DNA from: a virus
Lineage: Duplodnaviria > Caudoviricetes
Length of the DNA: 62,994 nt
Reading direction: 5' to 3' (one strand)
Virus record (IMG/VR): IMGVR_UViG_3300048839_001305
Span: 1 to 62,994 of that record
The notes under the pieces were generated by a model. The model made no database searches. It was not told the DNA's origin and saw nothing but the letters and a program-made list of their open reading frames with translations. The position numbers and the translations under genes are program-made. Shown piece after piece: positions 26,508 through 36,236 of this stretch; position 1 is the first letter of the stretch; each line of letters starts with the position of its first letter.

Positions 26508-27242
26508 ATGTTGACCGGGGAGCAGGTAGAGGCAATCGAGCGCCGCGCGGAGGCGTGGGTAGCCGGGCTGACGCTGGCCGACGACGACGCCTTTCACACG
26601 GCCGTCGAGGTGCAGTTAAACCGGCTGACGCTGCCGCCGCTGGACAAGCGACGGACAACGGCGCTGGCGCTGGCCGAGGTGGGGCTGACCGAGGCGTCGC
26701 GGGAGGGGGTCTTCCGGCGCAAGGACACCATCTCGCGCCGCATCTTCTACGGTGGGGACAGGAACTGGTATCACGGCGAGGAGTTCCGGGACGTACTGGA
26801 ACACCTCATTGCCCTGCACAGGCGCTGGTCGGCCGGCGCCACGGCGCGGAAAGCGGCGGCCGAGTTCAACGACAAGGTAGACAAGCTGCGGGCGGCCGAG
26901 CACGACATCGGCCGGCAGATGTTCATGATGGCGCTCCAGATGGTCGGCTCGCCGCTGTGGGAGGTGGAGGTCACCGACGCCGAGGGGCGCGAGGTGACGT
27001 GGAAGCCGGCGCGGTGGACGATGGCCGACCTGCCGCGCATTGCCGACGCGGCGTCGAAGCTGACGCGCCTGTCGCTGGGCATGGCCCCCGGCGGCCGTCA
27101 GGAAGTGGCCGTCATGGACTGGACGCAGCATCTACCCGACGGCATCACCCCGGCGCAGGCCGAGGCGGCGATGGAGAGCTGGGCGCGGACACTGGCGGCC
27201 GGGACGGCGGCGGCCGAAGGGGATGAGGACGATGACGAGTAA
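26508..27242 (+). CDS. Putative terminase small subunit
   Basis: Helical; KPARWTMAD..R..ASKLTRLSLG pattern recalled from TerS proteins; not adjacent to TerL. Confidence 0.5.
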   Translation: MLTGEQVEAIERRAEAWVAGLTLADDDAFHTAVEVQLNRLTLPPLDKRRTTALALAEVGLTEASREGVFRRKDTISRRIFYGGDRNWYHGEEFRDVLEHLIALHRRWSAGATARKAAAEFNDKVDKLRAAEHDIGRQMFMMALQMVGSPLWEVEVTDAEGREVTWKPARWTMADLPRIADAASKLTRLSLGMAPGGRQEVAVMDWTQHLPDGITPAQAEAAMESWARTLAAGTAAAEGDEDDDE

Positions 27243-27648
27243 GCGTTGGTGCGACAAGTGCAAGATCGAGATACCGCCGTGGGAACCGGCGACCCACCAT
27301 CGCTGGTCGGAGTATTACGACACGTGGGAGCACGCAGACTGCGTCGCGTCACTCAAGACGTATCTCCAGGACGCCCAAAACGCCAAGACTGACGCGGATG
27401 CCCGCAACGCCCGGCTCGTGCAGCAGGTGGAAGCGTTGACCGACGACCTGGCCGACGCCCGCGCCATCCTTGACCTGGCCGAGAAGGCCGCGGCCGTCTG
27501 GGAGCCGGTGGCCGAGATAATGACGGAGTACCACAAGGCGGCGGCCGTCTACGAACGGGCAGCCAAGATTGTTGAGGCGTGTCGCCCATTCGCTGGTGCC
27601 GAGGCGGAGAAGGGCTGGGTGACCACCAGCACGGCCGACGGCGGATGA
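27232..27648 (+). CDS. Zn-finger/coiled-coil protein
   Basis: CDKC...HADC followed by coiled coil. Confidence 0.65.
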   Translation: MTSKRWCDKCKIEIPPWEPATHHRWSEYYDTWEHADCVASLKTYLQDAQNAKTDADARNARLVQQVEALTDDLADARAILDLAEKAAAVWEPVAEIMTEYHKAAAVYERAAKIVEACRPFAGAEAEKGWVTTSTADGG

Positions 27649-28190
27649 CACGCACGCGGGACTGGCGACGACACCAACGGGAACGCATCCGACGCAGGCG
27701 GGCGCACTATTTCACGGTGCGCTGGGCGCATGAGTTGGGCGACCCTCGGCTCATCGACATTGCCTCCGAACATCCGCAGATATGTTCGTGTGACTTCTGT
27801 CAGAACCACTACCCGCGCGGTAAGTCGCCGGTGGAGTTGCGAGCACCGGGCGCGCCCGCACCACCGTCCGCCTCCGCTCTATCCGAGGAGGCAGCCTTTT
27901 TGGATTCGCCCGACGTGGATACGGACATTGATTGGGACGATGAGGAAGAAGACCTGCTTTATGACGAGATGATGCCGCGCGTCGTCTACGGCCGGAAGAC
28001 CATCAGCGCGTCGGTAGTATACGTGGAGCCGCGCTTCGCATTCCGCGACGAGGAAGAGGTAGACCTGCTGGACGACGAGAGGTTGCCACGGGTTGCCTAC
28101 GGCCGAGAAACATTGAACCTGCCTGTGGTGTACGTGGAGCCACGCTTCGCATTATTCCGCGACGAGGAAGAGGAGATAGACCCAACATGA
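27645..28190 (+). CDS. Arg-rich/Cys protein with duplicated acidic C-terminal repeat
   Basis: CSCDFCQN; two copies of DLL.DE..PRV.YGR.T....VVYVEPRFA. Confidence 0.65.
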   Translation: MTRTRDWRRHQRERIRRRRAHYFTVRWAHELGDPRLIDIASEHPQICSCDFCQNHYPRGKSPVELRAPGAPAPPSASALSEEAAFLDSPDVDTDIDWDDEEEDLLYDEMMPRVVYGRKTISASVVYVEPRFAFRDEEEVDLLDDERLPRVAYGRETLNLPVVYVEPRFALFRDEEEEIDPT

Positions 28191-28906
28191 GACAGCAATG
28201 GAATAGGGAGAAGGCCACGGAGGTCATCGTCTACCTGGTCGAACGGGTAAAGCCGCGGTCGGGCCATACCAAGTCGCGGGCCGTCCTGGAGATCGTCTAC
28301 CAGGCGGACAAGCTGCACCTAGAGCGGTACAGCCGCACGATTACCGGCGATAGCTACGCCGCTGCCCGGAGCGGGATGTACCCGGTTCACACCAACGATC
28401 TGCTCTACGCCGACGACAGCGACGCCTTCCAGTTCGGTGAGAAAGGCGAGCTTGCGGCACGACGGGCGGCCGATCTGATGGAACTGAGCAAGACAGATGT
28501 CGAGTGTCTGGATGAGACGCTGGATCACTACCGCCGCACGAACCACCGCCAGTGGCGGGCCGGAGTGATGGACTGGACGTGGCGCGATGCCACTTACCAC
28601 GGCGCGCTGTTCCGGGATGGGCACCGTCATGATGTCCATCGGGTCCCGCTGCTCGGCGTTATCCTGGGGCTGCCCAATGCCGAGAATATCATTCGGAATA
28701 TCTACGTTACGGGCACTGGGTCGTTGGATGATCCGCCAGAGCCGGCGACATTGGGCGAGGCGCTGAAGCAGATCGGCCGCTGGGGCGAGATCATAGGTGG
28801 CTGCATCGAGCGAGGGGAGCCGATACCGCCGGAAGCTCTTTTTGTATCTCTCCGTGAGCTGACGGCCGCGGCGGTTGGTGGCGCGGGCGGTGGGGGAGTT
28901 GGTTAG
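28187..28906 (+). CDS. Panacea/SocA (DUF4065)-like antitoxin-domain protein
   Basis: KATEVIVYL..IVYQADKLHLERYSRTITGDSYAA...G.YP; ELSKTDVECLDE. Confidence 0.75.
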   Translation: MRQQWNREKATEVIVYLVERVKPRSGHTKSRAVLEIVYQADKLHLERYSRTITGDSYAAARSGMYPVHTNDLLYADDSDAFQFGEKGELAARRAADLMELSKTDVECLDETLDHYRRTNHRQWRAGVMDWTWRDATYHGALFRDGHRHDVHRVPLLGVILGLPNAENIIRNIYVTGTGSLDDPPEPATLGEALKQIGRWGEIIGGCIERGEPIPPEALFVSLRELTAAAVGGAGGGGVG

Positions 28907-28934
28907 AGAGCTTAGTGGGCAATGGAGGACGGGC

Positions 28935-29183
28935 ATGCGTGAGATGAATCGTTACGAGGGCGAGGTCTACATTACAAAGCCAGGCTACCTGACAGAAAGC
29001 GAGGTTCGCCTCAGCGCGATTGACGATTATCGGCTGACGGACGGGGGAGACCTTATTGTCACGTCGGTCAACGATGACGAATCCATTCGTCAGGTGTGGT
29101 TATTTGCGCGGGGGGCGTGGATTCGCGCGAAGATGGTGGATGTTGGCGCGCAAACGGGGGATGAGCCGTTGGAGGCAGTATGA
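28935..29183 (+). CDS. Hypothetical protein
   Basis: GGAGG SD. Confidence 0.6.
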   Translation: MREMNRYEGEVYITKPGYLTESEVRLSAIDDYRLTDGGDLIVTSVNDDESIRQVWLFARGAWIRAKMVDVGAQTGDEPLEAV

Positions 29184-29476
29184 GCTACCTTACCGACTTA
29201 CCAGGCCCCGGTTATCCGGCCAGTTCAGCGACCTGGCCTTCTTCGGTCACATACGTGGCCCTCATTTGCCCGCGCTGCGGGGCCAACCACCGGCTGGAGC
29301 AGTGCCCGCAGGTCAAGGCCATCGAGTACCACGAGGACGGCCGCACCATCCGGCGTGTCGAGTTTTTCGACGGGACGGGCGCGCGGCCGTTGGAGATGAC
29401 AATTAGCGTCGGCCCTACGTTGTCAGAAGGAGCCGTGGTTGTGCACCAGGCGTGGCGTATTGGCCGGAATTGTTGA
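29180..29476 (+). CDS. Small Zn-knuckle protein
   Basis: CPRCG..H....CPQVKAIEY. Confidence 0.65.
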   Translation: MSYLTDLPGPGYPASSATWPSSVTYVALICPRCGANHRLEQCPQVKAIEYHEDGRTIRRVEFFDGTGARPLEMTISVGPTLSEGAVVVHQAWRIGRNC

Positions 29477-29498
29477 CCGAGGAAGAGGAACGGAAAGA

Positions 29499-30140
29499 GT
29501 GATTACCTATCCCAAGATCGAGACCCTGTACGACCGCGATCCGCGCACCTTCAAGGTGCTGCCGGACACGTTGCGCCACCCGGAGTTTGCGCTGATCGCC
29601 CGCTGGCGACTGACCGAGAAGATCGACGGCACGAACATCCGCGTAGGGCTGTCGCCCGACGGCCGCGTGACGTTCGGCGGGCGCACGGACAAGGCCGAGA
29701 TTCCACCCCACCTGCTGACCTACCTGACCGCGACCTTCCCGTCCGAGCGCGTGGCCGCCGCCTTCGACCCCGGCGCGGAGGTGGTGCTGTTCGGCGAGGG
29801 GTACGGCGAGAAGATACAAAGCGGCGGCGACTACCGAACGGGCGTGAGCTTCCGGCTGTTCGACGTGCGCGTGGGCGACTGGTGGCTGAACGCGGCCGAC
29901 GTTGACGACGTGGCCGCCAAGCTAGGCATCCAGACAGCCCCCTGTCTTCAGCGGGACATCATGTTCGTGCGCTATCCCGCGTCGGCCGAGGAACTGCGCG
30001 ATCTGTTGCCGGAGAGCATCGTCGCCGGGGAAGAGGGTCGCGGCCGGCCGGCCGAGGGCATCATCGCCCGCACCGACCCACTGCTGTTCATGCGCGACGG
30101 CCGCCGGGTGATGTGGAAGTTGAAGTTCAAGGACTTCTAG
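29499..30140 (+). CDS. RNA ligase (Rnl2-like nucleotidyltransferase domain)
   Basis: YPKIET, TEKIDGTN (motif I), FGEGYG, FRLFDV, EGII, WKLK. Confidence 0.88.
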   Translation: MITYPKIETLYDRDPRTFKVLPDTLRHPEFALIARWRLTEKIDGTNIRVGLSPDGRVTFGGRTDKAEIPPHLLTYLTATFPSERVAAAFDPGAEVVLFGEGYGEKIQSGGDYRTGVSFRLFDVRVGDWWLNAADVDDVAAKLGIQTAPCLQRDIMFVRYPASAEELRDLLPESIVAGEEGRGRPAEGIIARTDPLLFMRDGRRVMWKLKFKDF

Positions 30141-30141
30141 T

Positions 30142-30615
30142 ATGGACAGTTCAGTCTTCTTCCGTAGCGACTTCTACCGGCAGGCCGATGAGCTGTCGGC
30201 CGCGCTGGTGCGCGTTGAGGCGGCGTGGGCTGACCGCTTCCAGCCGAGTTGGATGATCTTCATCGCCTCGCCGTCGCTGGTGTGGGCGGAGATCGGACAA
30301 AGGTTTTACAAAGATTTCGCCGAAGGGTACGCGGCTGGGATAGAGGGGGGCCACCGCGATTATGCCTACTGGCTCCAGATCACACAGAAGTGGCAGGCGC
30401 GGCCGTGGTTCAACCGTCTGCCGCGGGTGGCGCAGCACGTGATCCTGACCGGGCAGCAGGTGGCCGACGGCCGCTTGAGCGCCGGCGCGGGCCTGTGGCG
30501 CGAGGTTAGTCGGCCGTGGTGGGCGGTGCGCCGGCGGTGGCTCGTTTGGCGGTTCGAGGTGCGCCTAGGGTGGTACATGCGAGAGATCGACGCGGAGGAC
30601 GACGAAGATGTTTGA
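30142..30615 (+). CDS. Hypothetical protein
   Basis: Fills the gap in the operon. Confidence 0.6.
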   Translation: MDSSVFFRSDFYRQADELSAALVRVEAAWADRFQPSWMIFIASPSLVWAEIGQRFYKDFAEGYAAGIEGGHRDYAYWLQITQKWQARPWFNRLPRVAQHVILTGQQVADGRLSAGAGLWREVSRPWWAVRRRWLVWRFEVRLGWYMREIDAEDDEDV

Positions 30616-31129
30616 GTATTATCGGAACGTGCTGAAGGCCGCCCTGGGTATGGAGACGCGCGCGGCCGACATCTCCGGCCTGGTGGGCGAGGTCGTGCAG
30701 GGCATTGAGCAGGCGTTTGATAGTGGGGAGGTGACGGCCGTCTACTTCATCACCGACCGGGCCATCTGGCGGATGTACCACGACCAGGCGTGCAGCGAGT
30801 CGGTTTATCTGGAAGACGTGAACGGCGATCTGGCCGGGCTAATTGGGCAGCGCATCGTGGCCGCCGAGGAGTCGAGCAGCGACAACCACGACGACCCCCG
30901 CGCCCGTTCGTCGGAGACATGGACATTCTACAAGTTGGCGGCCGAGAACGGGGTCTACGTCACCCTGCGCTGGTGGGGTTCCAGCAACGGCTACTACTCC
31001 GAAGACGTGGACGTGGAGCGATACCCCCCAGAGTGCATCCGCGCCCCGATCAAGGCGAACGACGGCCCCAGCAACCACCGGAAGTTGAAGCGGTTGTGGC
31101 GGCAGTATGGGGGAGGGAAGGCGGCGTGA
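30608..31129 (+). CDS. Conserved phage protein
   Basis: MYHDQ.C.ESVYLED..GDL..TWTFYKL..RWWGSSNGYYSE. Confidence 0.8.
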   Translation: MFEYYRNVLKAALGMETRAADISGLVGEVVQGIEQAFDSGEVTAVYFITDRAIWRMYHDQACSESVYLEDVNGDLAGLIGQRIVAAEESSSDNHDDPRARSSETWTFYKLAAENGVYVTLRWWGSSNGYYSEDVDVERYPPECIRAPIKANDGPSNHRKLKRLWRQYGGGKAA

Positions 31130-31407
31130 AACGACTTACCCTGCGGGACATCACTTTCATCACCGAAGACGACCGCGAAGTGCGCCTGGCCGACACGGCC
31201 GACGTGACCCTGGGCGCGGGCGACGCGCCAAACACGGTGCTAACCATCGAGGCGCTAATACAGGGCTTCAGCGTCGGCTTCACCCTGCCGCCCTGCGCCT
31301 GGGCCTGGGTGGAGTACGTGGCGAAAAGCATCATGGCCGATGCGGAGGCTGCGAGAGAAGCCCGCGCCGCGGCCGAGGAGGATACCTGTGGCCAGAATGA
31401 GATTTGA
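31126..31407 (+). CDS. Hypothetical protein
   Basis: GTGA coupling. Confidence 0.55.
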   Translation: MKRLTLRDITFITEDDREVRLADTADVTLGAGDAPNTVLTIEALIQGFSVGFTLPPCAWAWVEYVAKSIMADAEAAREARAAAEEDTCGQNEI

Positions 31408-31870
31408 TCCCCCCGTCATCCGCGAGATTGCCGTCACGGCCGCCGGGGACGAGGGACTGGAGATCGGCCGCGTGTACCGGGCCCACGCCGAACTGGACGG
31501 GCGGCGCTACACGCTCGACGCCCGTCTGACGGCCGAGCCGCCCGGCGATCCGGTCGAGCCGGACGACGAGTTAACCCGGACGGCCGACGAGGAAGGCGTG
31601 AGCCTGCTGTTGCGCGTTATCGAATACCTGATGGACGAGTTGAAGGAAATGGGTGAGCTGCACCGGCGTGTGGCGCGTCTGGAGGGCCAACAGGCGGCCG
31701 AGCGGGCGCGGCGCGAAATAACGATCAGGCCGCCCGTAGAGACGATGGGGCCGTGGGGCGCGGCCGATCTTCAGCCGACCCCGGCGCGGCCGGGTTTCTA
31801 CACCGAACACTGGCCGGGTGACGTCACCATCTCCGGCGCGGCCGTGAGCGGCAACGACGAAGAAGAGTAG
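31397..31870 (+). CDS. Hypothetical protein
   Basis: GGAGG upstream; start may be GTG 31388. Confidence 0.6.
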   Translation: MRFDPPVIREIAVTAAGDEGLEIGRVYRAHAELDGRRYTLDARLTAEPPGDPVEPDDELTRTADEEGVSLLLRVIEYLMDELKEMGELHRRVARLEGQQAAERARREITIRPPVETMGPWGAADLQPTPARPGFYTEHWPGDVTISGAAVSGNDEEE

Positions 31871-31905
31871 GTAGCAGCGGAGAAGCGCTTGAGGGTGGGT
31901 GAAAA

Positions 31906-32115
31906 ATGAAAATCGGATTGCGACAAGACGGGATTGACACCTACTTGATGGTCGAGACGGCCGACGGACATCAGTACGAAGCGAGTCTGTTCGGTCTGCT
32001 GATAGGTTCCCTTCTCACTACATTGGGATTATTGGTGCTGATGATGGTACCACTGCTGGTGGTGGCGGTATATGGGGCAATCCGGGAAGCACTGTTTCTC
32101 CCCAGTTGCTACTGA
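31906..32115 (+). CDS. Small membrane protein
   Basis: Long hydrophobic segment; lower GC. Confidence 0.6.
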   Translation: MKIGLRQDGIDTYLMVETADGHQYEASLFGLLIGSLLTTLGLLVLMMVPLLVVAVYGAIREALFLPSCY

Positions 32116-32209
32116 TACCGATCGCTTGCTGTGGCGGTCAAGCCTGATGTAGAAGTCGAAAAGGAGTAGACGTAGACGGTCGCGCCATGCGGCGCGACGA
32201 AGGAGCAGT

Positions 32210-33118
32210 ATGAGCAAAGAACAGATCGATGTGGCGGCCGACTCGACCCAGGCCGAGAGATTGACCGAGTGGCGACAGACGCGGGTCGAGCCGCCCGTTA
32301 CTCATATGGCGTACGACTTGCGCACGAGCAGGCGGCCGGACAACCGCTTTATCACCGACGCCGTGGACAGCGACGCGGCGGCCGGGGTCGGCCCGGCGTC
32401 GGACGACGCGCCACGCGCGGCGTCGGGCACGATTCGGGTTCTCGTGGCGGCCGTGCAGCGGCTCTCCGAGGAGAACATGGCCCTGGCCGATGAGGTGGCC
32501 CACCTCCGCCGGCAGGGGCAGGGCGTCACCATCTTCGGCGGCTTCAACCCGGAAGGGCTGGAGACGTTGAGCAGGGCGGAGTACAAGAGGCTGCTGTATG
32601 GCTACTTCCCGGATGTTGCTTCGAGCGCGCGGGAAAATGATGGCAGCCGCGGGCTGGAGTCGATTGCCGACCCGGAGGCATGGGGCAACCCGGAGGCGTT
32701 CGAGGCGTTCCGGGCCGAGATGAAGACGCGGGCGGAAGCCCACCGCGCCGAGGTGGAGGCCGAGTATCAGGCGGCCGTGGATGGACACGTGGCGGTTCCC
32801 GTCACGGCGGAGAACGAGATAGACGTCTATTTTGACGAGGACGTAAGGCGGTGGGGCGCGCAGGCCGCGGGTGTCTCGCCGCTCATGGCGTTTGGCCTGG
32901 GCGATAGTGACCGGGAAGCGGCGGCCGGGCTCTTCACGTTGTTGCGCACCATCGCTAAGCTGCGCCAGGTGTATCTGGATGAAGGCTATCCCACGCGAGT
33001 GCTTGACCGCGTGGCCGATCTGGTGGCGCGGGAAGACGAGCTGATGACCACGCTATTCTTGCGTCTCGACGCGGACGACACGGCGGCCGACTACCGGCCG
33101 GGGGTGGGCGCGGGATGA
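32210..33118 (+). CDS. Hypothetical protein
   Basis: AAGGAG SD. Confidence 0.7.
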   Translation: MSKEQIDVAADSTQAERLTEWRQTRVEPPVTHMAYDLRTSRRPDNRFITDAVDSDAAAGVGPASDDAPRAASGTIRVLVAAVQRLSEENMALADEVAHLRRQGQGVTIFGGFNPEGLETLSRAEYKRLLYGYFPDVASSARENDGSRGLESIADPEAWGNPEAFEAFRAEMKTRAEAHRAEVEAEYQAAVDGHVAVPVTAENEIDVYFDEDVRRWGAQAAGVSPLMAFGLGDSDREAAAGLFTLLRTIAKLRQVYLDEGYPTRVLDRVADLVAREDELMTTLFLRLDADDTAADYRPGVGAG

Positions 33119-33366
33119 CGACCGGAGCCAAGCGTCAATTTCACCCCAAGAAGGCCAAGCGCGTCACCGCCGCCCAGCACCAGCTGGCCCAGTCGGTGGC
33201 CTCGCTGGTGGCCGCGGCGGCGGGCAAGCTCCTGCGCGACCGCTACGGCTGGACGACCGAGGACGCGGCGACCTTCATAGACGAACTGCCGGCGGCCGTG
33301 ACCGAGATGAGCACCACCATCAACGGCGTCTTCGATGAGGCGCGGGCCACGGGGCGGAGCAGATAG
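33115..33366 (+). CDS. Small hypothetical protein, similar to 36237-36440
   Basis: LLRDRYGWTTEDAA. Confidence 0.65.
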   Translation: MTTGAKRQFHPKKAKRVTAAQHQLAQSVASLVAAAAGKLLRDRYGWTTEDAATFIDELPAAVTEMSTTINGVFDEARATGRSR

Positions 33367-33370
33367 CCGA

Positions 33371-33619
33371 ATGCCCAGACAGATGACCATCGTCCAATGG
33401 TTGCGTCGCGCGACCACAACGGCCGCGAAGTTGGCTGTGGGGTGCTGGTTGTGGGTAGCGCTTGTGATGGCCTGGGGAGTGCTGATGGCCCTGTGCGAAC
33501 GAATTGGCGTAGACCCAGGCGCATTGGTTGTTCTTTGGCTACCGGCCGGGTTGATCGTCCTGGCGTTCGTGCTGTCCGGGCTGTCGGTGGTGATGGAGCG
33601 TCGGGCGACACGAAAATAG
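33371..33619 (+). CDS. Small two-TM protein
   Basis: Two hydrophobic segments. Confidence 0.6.
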   Translation: MPRQMTIVQWLRRATTTAAKLAVGCWLWVALVMAWGVLMALCERIGVDPGALVVLWLPAGLIVLAFVLSGLSVVMERRATRK

Positions 33620-33665
33620 ACGTGAATGTAACGGTAGACGGCCGCCACCGGCCGGGGAGTATCGG

Positions 33666-34139
33666 ATGAACGACAACGGGCCGGCCCTGACCGGCGAGCA
33701 GATGGAAGAAGTCCTGCAAGTGGCGATGGCCCCGTGGGACGCCCGCTCGTGGGACAACCTGAGCGAGATGTACCCGCACACGGCCGACGCGCTGGCTTTC
33801 GCGGTGCGCCACGGCGGGCTGACGGCCAAAGGCGTGCGCGACTACTGCGACCAGTGGGGGTATCTGCCGGAGACGGCCAACTGGCTGCGCCAGTGCGTGC
33901 TGCACCTCCACAGGGTGCAGGCGGCGGACGAAGAGGCCGAGGAAGCGGCGGCCGAAGCGCCGCGCCGGGGCCGCCCCATCGCCGACGAGCCGGGGCAGGG
34001 GGGCCGACGCGTCGTCGACGGTCTGAGCGCGGCCAGGGTAGCCACCTCGCGCCACCGGCTTGAGGAGGCGGCCGACAGCCGCGTGGCCGTCGGTGTGGGC
34101 TTCATCAACTACCTCGCGCCCGACAACCCCGCGGAGTAA
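33666..34139 (+). CDS. Hypothetical protein
   Basis: GGGAG SD; immediately upstream of TerL. Confidence 0.65.
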   Translation: MNDNGPALTGEQMEEVLQVAMAPWDARSWDNLSEMYPHTADALAFAVRHGGLTAKGVRDYCDQWGYLPETANWLRQCVLHLHRVQAADEEAEEAAAEAPRRGRPIADEPGQGGRRVVDGLSAARVATSRHRLEEAADSRVAVGVGFINYLAPDNPAE

Positions 34140-34147
34140 GGGCCACC

Positions 34148-35734
34148 GTGGGAGGAGGATTGGAGCGGCTGGCCGACCCGACGGCGTGGCGCGACCGGGC
34201 GGCCTTCGAGCAGTTCCGCGTGGCCATGGCGCTGCGCGCGGCCGAGTTGCAGCGGACGACCGGGCGGCGCGACATGCCGGCCTTCGGCCGCTGGCTGAAG
34301 CAGGCCAGCCCGGAGTGGCCGTGGCACTACCGCCACCTGAAGGTTATTCGCAAGTACCTCAATCGGGTGGAGGCCGGGGAGATACAGCGCCTCATGATCT
34401 CCCTGCACCCGCGCTCCTTCAAGTCCCAGATGGTCACGGTGCGCTATCCGGCCTACGTGCTGGAGCGCGACCCGCTGACGCGCATCATCGTCGGCAGTTA
34501 CAACCAGGAGCTGGCCGAGTCCTTCTCCCTGGAGACGCGGCGCATCGTGGCCGAGCGCGGCGTGGCCCTCAATCCCAAGCGACAGAAGGTCAATGAGTGG
34601 CTGACGGCCGCCGGCGGCGGGCTGAAGGCGGTCGGCGTAGGTTCCGGCGTGACCGGGCGCGGCGGAAATCTCATTTTGATAGATGATCCGGTGCAGTCCT
34701 ATGAGCAGGCCCACAGTCGCGCCTACCGCGAACGGGTGTGGAACTGGTGGCGGACTGACCTCTTCTCGCGTCTGGAGCCGCACCCGCGTGACGGCCGCCC
34801 GCCGGCGGTCATCCTGATCATGACCCGCTGGGCGGAAGACGACCTCGCCGGGCGCATCCTGGCCGGTGAGGATGGCGAGCAGTGGCACGTGCTGCGCATT
34901 CCGGCCCTGGCCGAGACCCAGGCCGAGCGCGACGACTACAACGCCGGGATCGGACGGCCGCCGGGCGAGGCCGACCCGCTGGGCCGGGCACCGGGCGAGG
35001 CGATGAACCCGGAGCGGTTCGATGTCAAGCAGCTGGAGGCGATCCGGGTCGGCGGCGGGCTTATGTCGTTCATGGCCCTCTACCAGCAGCGGCCGAGCGC
35101 CCCGGAGGGGGACATGTTCCGCCGCGAGTGGTTCGAGGTGGTCAGCGCCGAGGCGTTCGCCGCGCTCACCGCGCCGGGCACGTCGCGGGCGGCCGTGCGT
35201 TACTGGGACAAGGCCGGGTCCAAGTCGGCCGGCAGCGCCTACACCGCTGGGGTGCTCATGGCCCGCGTCGGCGGGGACACCTACGTCGCGCACCTGGTCA
35301 TGGGCAAGTGGACGGCCCCGGAGCGCGAGCGCGTCATCCGGCAGACGGCCGCCGCCGACTTCGCCGCGTGGGGGTATGACGTGGAGACGGTGGTCGAACA
35401 GGAACCCGGCTCAGGCGGCAAGGAGTCGGCCGACAACACCGTGGACGCGCTGTCGGGCATGGGCTACCGCGTCGCCGCCGACCGGCCCACCGGCGACAAG
35501 ACGCTGCGCGCCGAACCGCTGGCCGCGGCCGCCTCGGTCGGCCGGGTGAAGCTGGTCGAGGGGCCGTGGAACCGGGACTACCTGGATATTCTGGCGGCCT
35601 TCCCCGGTGGCGCGGTCAAGGACGCCGTGGACGCCTCGTCGGGCGCGTTCATCCGGTTGACCCAGGTCGAGCGCGGCCGGCCGGCGGCGGGGCAGGCCAC
35701 GGTCACGAGCGCCAGTGACATCTTCGATGACTAG
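34148..35734 (+). CDS. terL: Terminase large subunit
   Basis: ISLHPRSFKS Walker A variant, TGRGG, LILIDDP Walker B, MTRW, YQQRP, RYWDKA, EQEPGSGGK, DAVDA. Confidence 0.95.
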   Translation: MGGGLERLADPTAWRDRAAFEQFRVAMALRAAELQRTTGRRDMPAFGRWLKQASPEWPWHYRHLKVIRKYLNRVEAGEIQRLMISLHPRSFKSQMVTVRYPAYVLERDPLTRIIVGSYNQELAESFSLETRRIVAERGVALNPKRQKVNEWLTAAGGGLKAVGVGSGVTGRGGNLILIDDPVQSYEQAHSRAYRERVWNWWRTDLFSRLEPHPRDGRPPAVILIMTRWAEDDLAGRILAGEDGEQWHVLRIPALAETQAERDDYNAGIGRPPGEADPLGRAPGEAMNPERFDVKQLEAIRVGGGLMSFMALYQQRPSAPEGDMFRREWFEVVSAEAFAALTAPGTSRAAVRYWDKAGSKSAGSAYTAGVLMARVGGDTYVAHLVMGKWTAPERERVIRQTAAADFAAWGYDVETVVEQEPGSGGKESADNTVDALSGMGYRVAADRPTGDKTLRAEPLAAAASVGRVKLVEGPWNRDYLDILAAFPGGAVKDAVDASSGAFIRLTQVERGRPAAGQATVTSASDIFDD

Positions 35735-35757
35735 CCGAGGAGCAGGTTAGGGGAGCT

Positions 35758-35979
35758 ATGACACGCAAGAAGACGGCCGCCGAGCAACCGCCCGCCGAGC
35801 GACGGGCCGCGGCCCTCCGGGCGGCGCGGGAGGAGCTGGCCGCGCTGGCGGTGGAGCTGGAGGCGCGTTACGGCGCGACCGAGGGCCGCGGCGACCCGGC
35901 GGCCGAGGCCGAGGCGCTGGCCTTGCAGGGGCTGGTCGATGCCCTGCGGGCGCTGCGGGCCGGGCCGGGGTTGCTGTAG
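35758..35979 (+). CDS. Small hypothetical protein
   Basis: GGGGAG SD. Confidence 0.6.
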   Translation: MTRKKTAAEQPPAERRAAALRAAREELAALAVELEARYGATEGRGDPAAEAEALALQGLVDALRALRAGPGLL

Positions 35980-35981
35980 GG

Positions 35982-36203
35982 ATGCTGGACGATGACTTGT
36001 CCCGCCAGGCCGTGCCGGTCAGCCGGCCGGTCGACCGACCCACGGCCGCCGCGCCGCGCCCGGAAGGGCGGGCCGAACGGGCGGAGAAGTTCAAGCGGCG
36101 CGTGATGGGTCTGGCCGCCGGGCGGTGGGAGGTCATCCTCACCGTGGACGAGCATGGGGTCATTGACTGGTCGTTCCGGCCCTTCGGCAAGGTGGAGAGG
36201 TAA
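35982..36203 (+). CDS. Small hypothetical protein
   Basis: Operon position. Confidence 0.6.
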   Translation: MLDDDLSRQAVPVSRPVDRPTAAAPRPEGRAERAEKFKRRVMGLAAGRWEVILTVDEHGVIDWSFRPFGKVER

Positions 36204-36236
36204 CGGCCGCCGCGCGGCCGGGGGAAAGGGGAGACA

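Noticed and set aside
27935-28175. DGR template/variable repeat
   Set aside because: In-frame tandem duplication within one ORF, differences not adenine-specific, and no reverse transcriptase
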